Positions 26,993 to 36,748 of a stretch of 64,000 bases of DNA are shown here, piece by piece. A program made the translations under genes and the position numbers. The notes under the pieces were generated by a model, which had not been told where the DNA came from, searched no databases, and worked only from the letters and a program-made list of their open reading frames with translations. Position 1 is the stretch's first letter. Every line of letters begins with the position of its first letter. The stretch comes from Burkholderiales bacterium (lineage in GTDB: Bacteria > Pseudomonadota > Gammaproteobacteria > Burkholderiales > SHXO01), in assembly GCA_035501875.1 (NCBI GenBank), contig DATJVI010000001.1, positions 6,094-70,093 of the forward strand. The letters run 5' to 3'.

Positions 26993-28282
26993 TTACTTCT
27001 CGTCGGCCTCGGCGTGAAGGTCCGAGCGGTATGTCTCGGGGCCGAAATACAAGGCCACTGCGGTGAGCACCGAGAGCAGCATGATGTAGACCGCGACGCC
27101 CCACGGCTTGCCGCCGGCCATGAGCACGAGTGCAGCCGAGACAAACGGGGCGGGTCCCCCAGCGAGGACCGAGCCCAGTTCCCGTGCAAACGCGAACCCG
27201 CTGTAGCGCGATCGGGTGCTGAACAGCTCGGCGAAGTACGCGGCCTGCGGCCCGAACATACCCGCCACGCCTACTGCGAGGGCGAGGATCAGCGCGATCC
27301 AGACGAGGACCGCATTCTGGGTCAGCACCAGCCAGAAGAACGGAAACGCCAGCAGTGCCGAGAAGATCGCCGCGCCCATGTAGACCGGCCGGCGCCCGAT
27401 CCGATCCGACAGGATCGAAAAGGCGGGAATGGTGATGAGCGATACCAGATACGCCACCGTGAGTCCGGTCAACACCGTGCTTTTGGGCATACCCAGCTGC
27501 TTGGTGAGGTAGTTCAGCGTGAACACCGGGAACAGATAGCCCAAGCCGTTCTCCGCGAGGCGCGCGCCCAGGACCACGAGAAACTCCTTCGGGTGATGCA
27601 TGATCGCGTGCACGACCGGGGCGCGCAGGGGTTTTTTCTCGGTAAGCGCCGCGCTGAACACCGGGGTCTCCGAGACCCGCATGCGGATATATAGACCCAC
27701 CGCGATGACCACGACGCTGAGCAGGAAGGGAGCGCGCCAGCCCCAGGCCAGGAACTGATCGCGCGGCAAGGCCGAAAAAAAGGCGAACACGGCCGAGGCG
27801 GAGAGGTTGCCGATCGTCACGCCGATCGGCGGCCAGCTCCCGAAGAAGCCGCGCTTGCCCGGTGGTGCGTGCTCGACGGCGAGCAGCACAGCGCCGCCGT
27901 ATTCGGCCCCGGCGCCGAAGCCCTGCACCAAGCGCAACGCGACGAGCAGGATCGGGGCCCATACGCCGGCGGATGCATAGGTCGGCAACAGGCCGATCAG
28001 AAAGGTCCCACCGCCCACCAGCAGCAGGGTGATCACCAGAACTGGCTTGCGTCCGAGCCGATCCCCATAATGGCCGAACACCAGCCCGCCCAACGGGCGA
28101 GCCACAAACCCGACTCCGAATGTGAGGAACGCTGCGAGCGTGCCGATGGCAGGGTCGAGCTTGGGGAAGAACAACTCCCCGAACACCAGCGCCGAGGCCG
28201 TGCCGTAGATGAAGAAGTCATACCACTCCAGCGCCGAGCCCACCGCCGAGGCCAGCAGTACTCTTCGCAACGTGGTGTCCAT
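26993..28282 (-). CDS. MFS transporter, metabolite:H+ symporter (MHS) family
   Basis: 429 aa with about 12 hydrophobic helices. N-terminal signature LEWYDFFIYGTASALVFGELFFP and GHYGDRLGRK between TM2 and TM3. Confidence 0.8.
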   Translation of the reverse strand: MDTTLRRVLLASAVGSALEWYDFFIYGTASALVFGELFFPKLDPAIGTLAAFLTFGVGFVARPLGGLVFGHYGDRLGRKPVLVITLLLVGGGTFLIGLLPTYASAGVWAPILLVALRLVQGFGAGAEYGGAVLLAVEHAPPGKRGFFGSWPPIGVTIGNLSASAVFAFFSALPRDQFLAWGWRAPFLLSVVVIAVGLYIRMRVSETPVFSAALTEKKPLRAPVVHAIMHHPKEFLVVLGARLAENGLGYLFPVFTLNYLTKQLGMPKSTVLTGLTVAYLVSLITIPAFSILSDRIGRRPVYMGAAIFSALLAFPFFWLVLTQNAVLVWIALILALAVGVAGMFGPQAAYFAELFSTRSRYSGFAFARELGSVLAGGPAPFVSAALVLMAGGKPWGVAVYIMLLSVLTAVALYFGPETYRSDLHAEADEK

Positions 28283-28529
28283 CGATCGCTCCTCCCTGTC
28301 GCAATGCGCGGGGTCTTCGCCGCCCCGAGCGCGGATTATGCGCGATGTCGCCCAAGATCGGGTTCTCCGGTGCGGAACCGGCGCGGCGATGGAAGTATCA
28401 TATGGCTACGCCGCGGGCCGGGATGCGCGTCACGGCCACGCGGTGTGTCGCGTCAGTTCGAGGCAGTGGGGTTTGGCTGCATGCGACTGGCCCAGTTCGC
28501 TGTGAGATTCGCCCTGTGATGGAGGAGAG

Positions 28530-29624
28530 ATGGCGGCAGTGCCGAAAATCCGGAACATCCGCGCCCGTCCCGTTCTGGCGCCCTTCAAGCGCCCGCCGAT
28601 GTCGGCGAGCGGCGCGATCCCGACCGCCGCGCTCGTGCTCGTCGACTTGGAGACCGACCAAGGCATCGTGGGGCGCTCGTACGTGTTCGGCTACGCCGCC
28701 TGGTCGCTCAAGCCGATCGTGCAGTGTCTCGAGGCGATGTCGGACATGGTCAAGGGCGATCCGGTCGCGCCCTTCGAGATCGAGGCGAAGCTGCGCAAGC
28801 GCCTGTTGCTGCTAGGCACACCGGGGCTCGCCGGAATTGCGCTGGCCGGCGTGGACATGTGCGCGTGGGACGCATTCGCCCAGGCCCAAGGCCTGCCGCT
28901 CGTCAAGGCGCTCGGCGGCGAGGCGAGGCCCGTGCGCGCATACAACAGCGGCGGGCTGTGGATCCAGCCGGTCGAAAAGCTCGCGGACGAGGCCGAGGAA
29001 CTGCTTGCCGAGGGAGGTTTCCGGGCCGTGAAGCTGCGCCTCGGGCGCGACGACCCGGCCCAGGACCTGGCTGCCGCGCGCGCGGTCAGGAAGCGCATCG
29101 GCGATCAGATCGCGCTGATGTCCGACTTCAACCAGCGCCTCAGCGTGAACGAGGCCATCCTGCGCGGCCGGATGCTCGACGATGAGGGCCTGTACTGGAT
29201 CGAGGAGCCGGTGCGCCACGACGATTACGCCGGCTATGCGCGCATCTGCGCCGAGCTGCAGACCCCGATCCAGAGCGGCGAGAATCTGCTTAACACGTAC
29301 GAGATGTACGAGGCGATCGTCTCTGAATCGCTCGACTATGTCATGCCCGACGTGCAGCGCATCGGCGGCGTCACCGGGTGGTTGCGCGCGGCCGCGCTGG
29401 CCCATGTACATGGCATCGAGATGTCCAGCCACTTGTTCCCTGAATACAGCTCCCACCTGCTGGCCGTGACGCCGACATGTCACTGGCTCGAGTACGTCGA
29501 CTGGGCCAACCCGATCTTGGCGGAACCCGCGCAGGTCAAAGACGGGCACGTGCTCATCCCCGACAGGCCTGGTGCGGGGATCAGGTGGAACGAGGAAGCA
29601 GTGAAGCGTTACGCGGTAGCTTGA
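28530..29624 (+). CDS. Enolase-superfamily enzyme (mandelate racemase / muconate lactonizing family)
   Basis: 364 aa with the motifs FRAVKLRLG, LMSDFNQ, IEEP and the general capping-plus-barrel layout. Substrate is unknown. Divergent from the MFS gene. Confidence 0.75.
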   Translation: MAAVPKIRNIRARPVLAPFKRPPMSASGAIPTAALVLVDLETDQGIVGRSYVFGYAAWSLKPIVQCLEAMSDMVKGDPVAPFEIEAKLRKRLLLLGTPGLAGIALAGVDMCAWDAFAQAQGLPLVKALGGEARPVRAYNSGGLWIQPVEKLADEAEELLAEGGFRAVKLRLGRDDPAQDLAAARAVRKRIGDQIALMSDFNQRLSVNEAILRGRMLDDEGLYWIEEPVRHDDYAGYARICAELQTPIQSGENLLNTYEMYEAIVSESLDYVMPDVQRIGGVTGWLRAAALAHVHGIEMSSHLFPEYSSHLLAVTPTCHWLEYVDWANPILAEPAQVKDGHVLIPDRPGAGIRWNEEAVKRYAVA

Positions 29625-29648
29625 GCGGGGCCGCGAGCGTCCGCCGGC

Positions 29649-30200
29649 GTGAACGCACGCATGGTGCAGGAACTGGACAGACCCGTCGTCGAGGCGGCGA
29701 TCCTGATCCCCGTGTTCCGCGGCGGCAGCGGCGAGCTGCGCCTGGTGCTGGTCCGCCGCAGCGAGGGCGGCAGACATGGGGGACAGCTTGCCTTTCCCGG
29801 CGGCAAGCGCGATCCCGACGACCCATCGCTCATGGATACCGCCGTCCGGGAGACGGCAGAGGAGACCGGGCTGCGCCGGGACGCGGTCGAGATCCTGGCG
29901 CAGTTGCCGGCCGTGGACACCAATACCACCGGCTTCCGGATCTTTCCGTTCCTCGCGCGGATCACGCCACCGGCGCAGTGGCACCGCGACGAACGCGAGA
30001 TTGCCGAGATCATCGACGTCGCGCTCGACGACCTCGCGCGGCCCGAAGCGCACGGCGAGGAGACCAAGCGGTTGCCCGGTTGGCCGCAGCCGCGGCAGAT
30101 CCCTTTCTATCGGGTCGGGGCGTATCAAGTGTGGGGCGCCACGTACCGCATCCTGCACCCGCTGATTCCGCGCCTGCTGGCTGGCGAGTGGGACGTATGA
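29649..30200 (+). CDS. NUDIX hydrolase, CoA pyrophosphatase-like
   Basis: Nudix box GGQLAFPGGKRDPDDPSLMDTAVRETAEETGL. GTG start at 29649; the ATG at 29661 is an alternative. Confidence 0.75.
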   Translation: MNARMVQELDRPVVEAAILIPVFRGGSGELRLVLVRRSEGGRHGGQLAFPGGKRDPDDPSLMDTAVRETAEETGLRRDAVEILAQLPAVDTNTTGFRIFPFLARITPPAQWHRDEREIAEIIDVALDDLARPEAHGEETKRLPGWPQPRQIPFYRVGAYQVWGATYRILHPLIPRLLAGEWDV

Positions 30201-30357
30201 GTCACGACGGGTTCTGGGTTATTCTCGCCGCTCACGCGATCGACGCCGGCCTCAGCACTGCTGCCCACGTTCGCAGACCACACGATGGCTTGGCCGCCCA
30301 CCGGATCGGCGTTTCCAGGCCGTACCGTTCCTATCACTCACCCCACAGGAGAAGCGC

Positions 30358-30669
30358 GTGATCCACGTCATCGCAACCGTCGAGCTCCAACCCAACACCC
30401 GCGACCGCTTTCTGCGCGAGTTCAGTCAGGTCGTGCCTCACGTGCGCGCCGAGCAGGGCTGTATCGAGTATGGCGCAGGCGTCGACCTCGCCACCGGGAT
30501 CGCGGTCCAGATTCCACTCCGGCCCGACGCCGTGACGGTGGTGGAAAAGTGGTCGAGCCTGGAAACCCTGCAGGCGCATCTGGTCGCGCCGCATATGAAG
30601 GCGTATCGAGAGCGGGTCAAGGAACTGGTCATGCGGACGACGCTGCAGGTGCTGCAGCCCGCGGTGTAG
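30358..30669 (+). CDS. Antibiotic-biosynthesis-monooxygenase (ABM) domain protein / putative quinol monooxygenase
   Basis: 103 aa, with a GTG start preceded by AGGAGA. IHVIATVELQP...VEKWSSLETLQAHL..PH is typical of the ABM ferredoxin-like fold. Confidence 0.7.
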   Translation: MIHVIATVELQPNTRDRFLREFSQVVPHVRAEQGCIEYGAGVDLATGIAVQIPLRPDAVTVVEKWSSLETLQAHLVAPHMKAYRERVKELVMRTTLQVLQPAV

Positions 30670-30847
30670 CCCGGCAGAAGGTGCGAGCCCGGCTCCATCG
30701 TTCGCCCGCGTGCCTGCACGGCTGAGCGTGGGATGGAACGAAAAGCCGCGGTCTTGTCCGCTCTCGCCGGAACCGGCAGCGTAAAGTAGCACTCTCCCAC
30801 GTCCAACCGCGTCACGCCGACCGCGTGACCGTGCCACGGAGGCGCCC

Positions 30848-31204
30848 ATGTCCATCATCGACCTGTTGCCTGGCGACGCGCACCTGACTTCGCTGGGGGC
30901 CGGCCACGTCATCTTCGCTCAGGGCGACCCGGGTGATCTGATGTACGTCGTGGTGGAAGGAGAGGTGCAGGTGCTGATCGACGGCAAGCCCGTGGAAAAG
31001 ATCGGTTCGGGAGGCATCGTCGGCGAGATGGCCTTGATCGATGCGGGCGCGCGCAGCGCCACCGCCATCACCAAGACCAACTGCCTGGTCGTCGCGGTCG
31101 ACGAGCGTAGCTTCAAGGATCTCATCGCCCGACGGCCGGAGTTCGCCATTCAGGTGATGCAGGTCCTCGCACGGCGCCTGCGCCGGATGGACTCGGAGCG
31201 CTGA
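30848..31204 (+). CDS. Stand-alone cyclic-nucleotide-binding domain protein
   Basis: 118 aa. GD.MYVVVEGEV...GGIVGEMALID...RSATA is the canonical cNMP-binding cassette. There is no fused output domain. Confidence 0.75.
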   Translation: MSIIDLLPGDAHLTSLGAGHVIFAQGDPGDLMYVVVEGEVQVLIDGKPVEKIGSGGIVGEMALIDAGARSATAITKTNCLVVAVDERSFKDLIARRPEFAIQVMQVLARRLRRMDSER

Positions 31205-31226
31205 GCGCCGCGCGCGGTCGCGCGCC

Positions 31227-32057
31227 TCACGCCGTCAGCCCCGCAGTATAGCGCTGCCGCCACTGCTCGTGACCATGCACGAGGTCGTTCTTGCCGCAGC
31301 GGTCGACGCCGCGCACCAGCCACAGCGGCTGATGCGCGATGTCGAACGGCCGGTTCCCGCTGCGCTTTGGCGCTAGCGAGCGATCATAGTGCGAGGTCGC
31401 CGGCATGTAGCGCAGGATCAGCGCGGCGCGCCGCTGGCCCGAGGTGTTGGCGGCCGAGCCGTGGATCATGCGAACATCGTGGAGCGACATCTGGCCCGGC
31501 TCCAGCTCGACGTTCACCGCCCGCGACTCGTCGAACTGGTCTCGATCCAGCTCGAGGTCCAGGACCAGGTTCGCGCGGTCCGTCACATGATGCCGGTATA
31601 GCTCCTGCCGGTTGTGGGAGCCGGGGATGAACCGCATGCAGCCGTTCGCGGTCGACACCGGGTCGATCGCGATCCAGACCGAGCAGGTCGCGAGCGGCCG
31701 CATGAGCCAGTATTCTCCATCCTGGTGCCACGGCACCTCTCGGCCTGTCAATGCGGGCTTGCACAGCAGGCGGGTGATCCAGAGGATGAGGTCCGGACCG
31801 AGAACCCGTTGAACCATATCCAGAACGGGCGGATGCCGCGCCGCCTCCAGGAACGGGTTCACCTGCGGACCTTCGCTGGGCGGGATCATGTGCGGATTGG
31901 CGAGGTCTTCCTGGGCTACGTCCGTGTACGACGCGAGCACCTGGTCGACGGTCCGCCGCAGCCGATCCAGCAGCACTGCCGGCAGCCGATAGCGTGGGAT
32001 CACATAGCCCTGCTCTCGGTAATGCTCGAGTTCCTGGTCGCTTAGCGTGTCGCTCAT
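31227..32057 (-). CDS. Phytanoyl-CoA dioxygenase (PhyH) family Fe(II)/2-oxoglutarate oxygenase
   Basis: Trimmed to the ATG at 32057 (MSDTLSDQELEHYREQGYV). It has WHQDG (the HxD part of the facial triad) and a distal HGS. Confidence 0.75.
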   Translation of the reverse strand: MSDTLSDQELEHYREQGYVIPRYRLPAVLLDRLRRTVDQVLASYTDVAQEDLANPHMIPPSEGPQVNPFLEAARHPPVLDMVQRVLGPDLILWITRLLCKPALTGREVPWHQDGEYWLMRPLATCSVWIAIDPVSTANGCMRFIPGSHNRQELYRHHVTDRANLVLDLELDRDQFDESRAVNVELEPGQMSLHDVRMIHGSAANTSGQRRAALILRYMPATSHYDRSLAPKRSGNRPFDIAHQPLWLVRGVDRCGKNDLVHGHEQWRQRYTAGLTA

Positions 32058-32196
32058 CGTTCGGGGGGGAAAATACGTGGAGGTGCGCGGCATGCTAGCA
32101 CGCTTGCCTGACCCACGGCCGATAGTTGGTGCCGTCGGCACCCGCCTACATCCGCGCCGCACGGCGTGATATGGTTGCGTTTGCCAATCCCTCGTC

Positions 32197-33060
32197 ATGA
32201 CGCGTTCCGACCGGCTGATCACCTCGTGCCCCATCGGCTGCGGCGCCCGCTTCACCGTCTCCCCCATCGAGTTGCCCGAAGGGCCATTGCTGCGCTGTGA
32301 GGCCTGCGGCCAGCTCGTGAGCCAGATCAGCGAGTCGGCCTACCTCGCCTCGATGCAGGCCTTCGACCGGCCCGAATTCGATCTTCCGAGCGCTCGGGCC
32401 GTGGAACGGCGCATGGCTGTGGCCGCGCGGCGGCTCACACGTCTGTGCAGCCTGCTCCATAAGCAGGCCGGGCAGGTGCGTGTGCTCGACGTGGGCTGTT
32501 CGCGCGGAGATTTCGTGGCCGCCGCTACCATGCTCGGATTCGATGCCGATGGCGTAGAGCCGGCGCCCCACATCGCAGAGGCGGCGCGGCAAGCCGGGCG
32601 CCGGGTACACACGGGGCGGCTCGAGGACCAACGGTTCGCGGACGGCAGCTTCGACGCCGTCACGCTGTTCGAAGTCATCGAGCATGTCACCGAGCCGATC
32701 CCGCTGCTGGTCGAGATCCGGCGCATCCTCTCCTCCGGCGGGATCCTGCTGCTCAGCACGGGCAACGGCGCGAGCTGGACGGCCGAGCTGCTGCGGGAGC
32801 GCTGGGACTATTTCCAGATCCGGGTGGACGCCGGGCACGTGAGCTTCTTCAATCCTCGCTCCATCGCGCTGTTGGCTCAGCGCACGGGCTTTTCGGTGGC
32901 GGATCAGCACACCTCGCGCGTACGGGTCCTGGAGAAGGGCGAGGCCCCTGCGCCCGTCTATCTGCTGGCGAAACTCGCGGCCGAGCTGCTCAACGTGCCG
33001 GCGCGCCTGATGGGCAAGGGCCACGACATGCTCGTGTATCTGCGGCGTCAAGAGCCTTGA
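32197..33060 (+). CDS. Class I SAM-dependent methyltransferase with N-terminal Cys4 zinc-ribbon
   Basis: 287 aa. CPIGCG...CEACG precedes the SAM motif I (VLDVGCSRGDF) and the FEVIEHV post-I region. Its 3' end overlaps the convergent methyltransferase gene by 13 nt. Confidence 0.75.
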   Translation: MTRSDRLITSCPIGCGARFTVSPIELPEGPLLRCEACGQLVSQISESAYLASMQAFDRPEFDLPSARAVERRMAVAARRLTRLCSLLHKQAGQVRVLDVGCSRGDFVAAATMLGFDADGVEPAPHIAEAARQAGRRVHTGRLEDQRFADGSFDAVTLFEVIEHVTEPIPLLVEIRRILSSGGILLLSTGNGASWTAELLRERWDYFQIRVDAGHVSFFNPRSIALLAQRTGFSVADQHTSRVRVLEKGEAPAPVYLLAKLAAELLNVPARLMGKGHDMLVYLRRQEP

Positions 33061-33812
33061 CGCTCGAACACCAGCACCAGTGAACGGCTGAACAAGGCCG
33101 CGAAGCGCCAGCTGTCGGAGAGCATCTCGCGGTTGCGCCGCGCCTGCTCTGGGGCAGCGGCGCGCAGGAAGAGCGCCCGCGACCACAGCCATGCGGCGGG
33201 CGCGAGCAGCAGCCACAGCGGTGTGAGCGCCTTCTTTTTCCACCGATCCCCGCACACCTCCTTCACGCGCGCACCGAACTGGCCGAACAGGTATCGGAGC
33301 TGGAAATAGGTCAACGGCGTGATGTGCCCGCGGTCGCGCATCTCCCCAGGGGCGACCGCGGGCACCTCGGCCGGGTTGAACTGGTAGAAGGTGCCCGTCA
33401 GCAGGAACTGCAGGCGCGAGTAGAAGTTGGCGACATTGGGGATCGACACGATGATCTCGCCACCGACGCGGGTGACGCGCGTGAGCTCCCGGACGAGCGG
33501 CACCGGATCGATCAGGTGCTCCACACCCTCCAGGCAGATCGCTACGTCGAACTCACCGTCGGAAAACGGCAGCGCGCGCTCCATGTCTGCATAGACGTAG
33601 TGCGGATGCTCGCGGTTGATGTCGGCGCACACCACATCGTGTCCTGCGGCACGCAGCAGCTCCGCGAGCTTACCGCTGCCCGCCGGTATGTCGAGAATGC
33701 GCCGCTTGGCGGGGCCGGCCAGCACGCGGCGCGCCACGATCCGCATGTAGTCGGTCACGTTCGTCGCGTGCGAGAACGGTCTGGCGTCCGCTGGCATTGG
33801 TGTCTGCTGCAT
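33048..33812 (-). CDS. Class I SAM-dependent methyltransferase
   Basis: Trimmed to the ATG at 33812 (MQQTPMP...). Motif I ILDIPAGSGKLA and motif CLEGVEHL. It lies 30 nt downstream of the acyl-CoA dehydrogenase gene on the same strand. Confidence 0.75.
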   Translation of the reverse strand: MQQTPMPADARPFSHATNVTDYMRIVARRVLAGPAKRRILDIPAGSGKLAELLRAAGHDVVCADINREHPHYVYADMERALPFSDGEFDVAICLEGVEHLIDPVPLVRELTRVTRVGGEIIVSIPNVANFYSRLQFLLTGTFYQFNPAEVPAVAPGEMRDRGHITPLTYFQLRYLFGQFGARVKEVCGDRWKKKALTPLWLLLAPAAWLWSRALFLRAAAPEQARRNREMLSDSWRFAALFSRSLVLVFERQGS

Positions 33813-33841
33813 AGCTCGAACGCAGGCGCGAGGCGCGCCGG

Positions 33842-35008
33842 TCAATATGACTTCGGCAATCCCAGCACCTTCTCGGCGATGAAGCACAGAATGAGCTGCG
33901 GACTGACCGGAGCGAGGCGGGGGATCATCGCCTCGCGCAGATAGCGTTCGATGTGATACTCCTTGGCGTAGCCCATGCCGCCGTGCGCGAGCATCGCCTG
34001 TTCGCAGGCGCGGAAGCAGGCCTCGGCCGCGAGGTACTTGGCGGCGTTGGCCTCGGCCCCACAGGGCTCGCCGCGATCATAGAGGGTGGCCGCTTTGAAC
34101 ACCATCAGGTTGGCCGCCTCCAGCTCCATCCAGCAGCGCGCGAGCGGGTGCTGAATCGCCTGGTTCTGGCCGATGGGCCTGTCGAACACGACGCGCTCGT
34201 TGGCGTACGCGACAGCGCGCTCGAGCGCCGCGCGGCCCAACCCCACCGCTTCGGCCGCGATGAGGATGCGCTCGGGGTTGAGCCCGTGCAAAATGTAGTC
34301 GAAGCCCCGGCCCTCAGCGCCGACGCGATCCTCCACAGGCACCGGCAGCTCGTCGATAAACAGCATGTTGGAGTCGACCGCCTTGCGGCCCATCTTGTCG
34401 ATCTCGCGGACCTCGACGTGGGCGCGATCCAGGTCGGTGTAGAACAGCGACAATCCATCCGTCGGCTTGCGCCCGGGCTCGCTCGCAGCGGTGCGCGCGA
34501 GGACCAGCATCTTGTGCGCCACCTGCGCAGTGGAGATCCAGATCTTGTGTCCGCGCAGAACGTAGTGATCGCCCTCACGCCGAGCAACGGTCGCGATCTT
34601 TGCGGTATTCAGCCCGGCGTTAGGCTCGGTGACGGCGAAGCATGCCTTGTTCTCGCCGCGGATGAGCGGCGGCAGCCAGCGCTGCTTTTGCTCGGCCGCA
34701 CCGAACACCACGACGGGATTCAGCCCGAAGATGTTCATGTGCACCGCCGACGCGCCGGAGAACCCCGCGCCCGACTGACTGATCGCCTGCATCATCAGCG
34801 CCGCCTCGGTGATCCCGAGCCCGGCGCCGCCGTACTCCTGCGGCATGGCTACACCGAGCCAGCCGGATTGCGCGACCGCTCGATAGAACTCCTCCGGGAA
34901 ATCCCCGTGGCGGTCGTGCTCGAGCCAGTACGACGCGTCGAAGCGCGTACACAGCTTGGCGATGGAATCGCGGATCGCGAGCTGTTCGGGGGTCAAAGAG
35001 AAATCCAT
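33842..35008 (-). CDS. Acyl-CoA dehydrogenase
   Basis: 388 aa with the full three-domain ACAD layout (FAVTEPNAGLN, KIWIS, C-terminal YLREAM..LAP). Confidence 0.85.
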   Translation of the reverse strand: MDFSLTPEQLAIRDSIAKLCTRFDASYWLEHDRHGDFPEEFYRAVAQSGWLGVAMPQEYGGAGLGITEAALMMQAISQSGAGFSGASAVHMNIFGLNPVVVFGAAEQKQRWLPPLIRGENKACFAVTEPNAGLNTAKIATVARREGDHYVLRGHKIWISTAQVAHKMLVLARTAASEPGRKPTDGLSLFYTDLDRAHVEVREIDKMGRKAVDSNMLFIDELPVPVEDRVGAEGRGFDYILHGLNPERILIAAEAVGLGRAALERAVAYANERVVFDRPIGQNQAIQHPLARCWMELEAANLMVFKAATLYDRGEPCGAEANAAKYLAAEACFRACEQAMLAHGGMGYAKEYHIERYLREAMIPRLAPVSPQLILCFIAEKVLGLPKSY

Positions 35009-35059
35009 TTGAGCTCCGCGTCCACCGCGTCGCCGCGGCGGGTTCCGGACGACGCCCTA

Positions 35060-36250
35060 TCACCCCAGGAGTGTCGCTCCGCGCCGGGCGAGCTCGGCGA
35101 TCTCGGCGTCGGTGTATCCCGCCTCGCGCAGCACCTCCGCCGAGTGTTCGCCGAGCCGAGGCGCCGGACGCCGTGCCCCAGGCTGCGAACGCGACCAGCT
35201 GGTGGGCGTGCGCGGTGCATATAGCAATCCCTCGCTGGGATGCTCCTCGGCGGCGAAAAATCCGCTCGCACGCAGATGCGGGTCCGCCATCACGTCGCCG
35301 ATCGAATTCATCGGTGCGACCGGGATGTCCGCCTGCTCCAGGAGCGCGACCCAATCGGCGGTGGTGCGCGAACGAAGAAGTTGCTCGAGATAGGCGTAGA
35401 TCTCGGCCACGTGACGTGCGCGGCTCGCCTGCGTGGCGAAGCGGGGGTCCTGCATGAGCTCCGGCCGGCCGGTCGCCTCCAGAAAGCTCTTCCACTGCTT
35501 GTCGTTGTAGACCAGCACGCACAGGTAGCCGTCTTTGCTCGCATACGGGCGCCGCGCCAGCAACCTCGCGTAGCCGGGCTCCCCGATGGGCGGCTCGTAG
35601 GTAAGGCCCGCGGAATGGTCGCCGAGCACGAAGTGGGCGACGCTCTCGAACATGGGAACTTCCACCGCCTGGCCTTCCCCGGTGCGCTCGCGGTGGTACA
35701 GAGCCGTGGTGACGGCGTACACGGCATGCAGCCCCGTGAGCCGATCGGCCAGGTTCACCGGCGCGTAACGCGGCGGCTCCCCGTCGCGTTGCGCCGCGAG
35801 CCACGGCACTCCGGACACGCCTTGGATCAGATCGTCGTAGGCCGCTTTCGCTGCATAGGGCCCGCGCTGCGCGTAACCGTACGCGCCCACATAGATGATC
35901 CGCGGGTTGACCGCGCGCACGTCCTCGTAGCCGAGCTTCAGGCGCGCCATCGCCTGCGGGCGCACGTTGTAGAGCAGCACGTCGGTGCCGGGCAGCAAGC
36001 GCGCGAGCGCCGCGCGTCCCTCCGGTTTTTTCAGATCGAGCACGATCCCGCGCTTGCCGCGATTGAGATTGAGGAACATGTAGCCCATGCCGGCGCTTTT
36101 CATCGGCCCGGCATGGCGCATGTTGTCGCCTTCGTGCGGCTCGACCTTGATGACGTCGGCGCCCAGCTCGGCGAGGATCTGGGCTGCGAACGGACCCATC
36201 ACGACGGTGGTGAGGTCGATCACCTTGACCCCAGCAAGCGGACCTGACAT
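35060..36250 (-). CDS. Family III CoA-transferase (CaiB/BaiF)
   Basis: 396 aa. N-terminus PLAGVKVIDLTTVVMGPFAAQILAELGADVIKVE is the family hallmark. Confidence 0.85.
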   Translation of the reverse strand: MSGPLAGVKVIDLTTVVMGPFAAQILAELGADVIKVEPHEGDNMRHAGPMKSAGMGYMFLNLNRGKRGIVLDLKKPEGRAALARLLPGTDVLLYNVRPQAMARLKLGYEDVRAVNPRIIYVGAYGYAQRGPYAAKAAYDDLIQGVSGVPWLAAQRDGEPPRYAPVNLADRLTGLHAVYAVTTALYHRERTGEGQAVEVPMFESVAHFVLGDHSAGLTYEPPIGEPGYARLLARRPYASKDGYLCVLVYNDKQWKSFLEATGRPELMQDPRFATQASRARHVAEIYAYLEQLLRSRTTADWVALLEQADIPVAPMNSIGDVMADPHLRASGFFAAEEHPSEGLLYAPRTPTSWSRSQPGARRPAPRLGEHSAEVLREAGYTDAEIAELARRGATLLG

Positions 36251-36521
36251 GTGTGTTGGTGAGAGACGGGATTGAGTGCAGGAATGGATTCGCCTAGCCG
36301 GGCCGGGGCCCGGCTGCGCGCATGAGTTTACCGCAGTGCGGGTAGGACACGGCGGCGGTCACGCGCGAAGCAACGCGTAGATCATCGCTCTCCGCGTCGC
36401 GCTGCGCAGCGCCCACCGAGGCGTGCAGACGATGCATGGTGCGATGCACCCGGTCCCGCCGATCTGCGCGCGTCCCAACGCCTCTGCTCCCGCCACGGCC
36501 GCGACGTCCCGACCAGCTCGG

Positions 36522-36551
36522 TTGACAATCCCGAGATCCGGGGATTCTAAT
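36522..36551 (+). promoter_or_regulatory. Candidate sigma70-type promoter with embedded inverted repeat, upstream of the PQQ dehydrogenase gene
   Basis: TTGACA (36522-36527), 18-nt spacer, TCTAAT (36546-36551). The spacer contains AATCCC-N8-GGGATT. It lies about 200 nt upstream of the ATG at 36749, inside a 498-nt intergenic region. This is pattern match only. Confidence 0.3.
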
Positions 36552-36748
36552 CGTGCAACCGCCCGCCGCGCACCGCCCGCCCCAGAGACCGAGCGGGCAA
36601 CGGATGCAGCAGGGCGGTCGCGCGTCGACGGATCCAGGGCAGTAGATCGTTCGATGTGTGCCGTGCCAGGAGCCTTGCGGGCGCCTCGCTCGCCGGAATC
36701 CGCGGCACGTCCGGGAGATCGAAAACAGTGCATAGAGGAGGAGCAAGC

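Noticed and set aside
30811-30830. Inverted repeat GTCAC-N10-GTGAC upstream of the cNMP-binding-domain gene, considered as a CRP/FNR-type site
   Set aside because: Half-site orientation and spacing do not match TGTGA-N6-TCACA or TTGAT-N4-ATCAA. The arms are only 5 nt and GC-rich, so a chance occurrence is likely.
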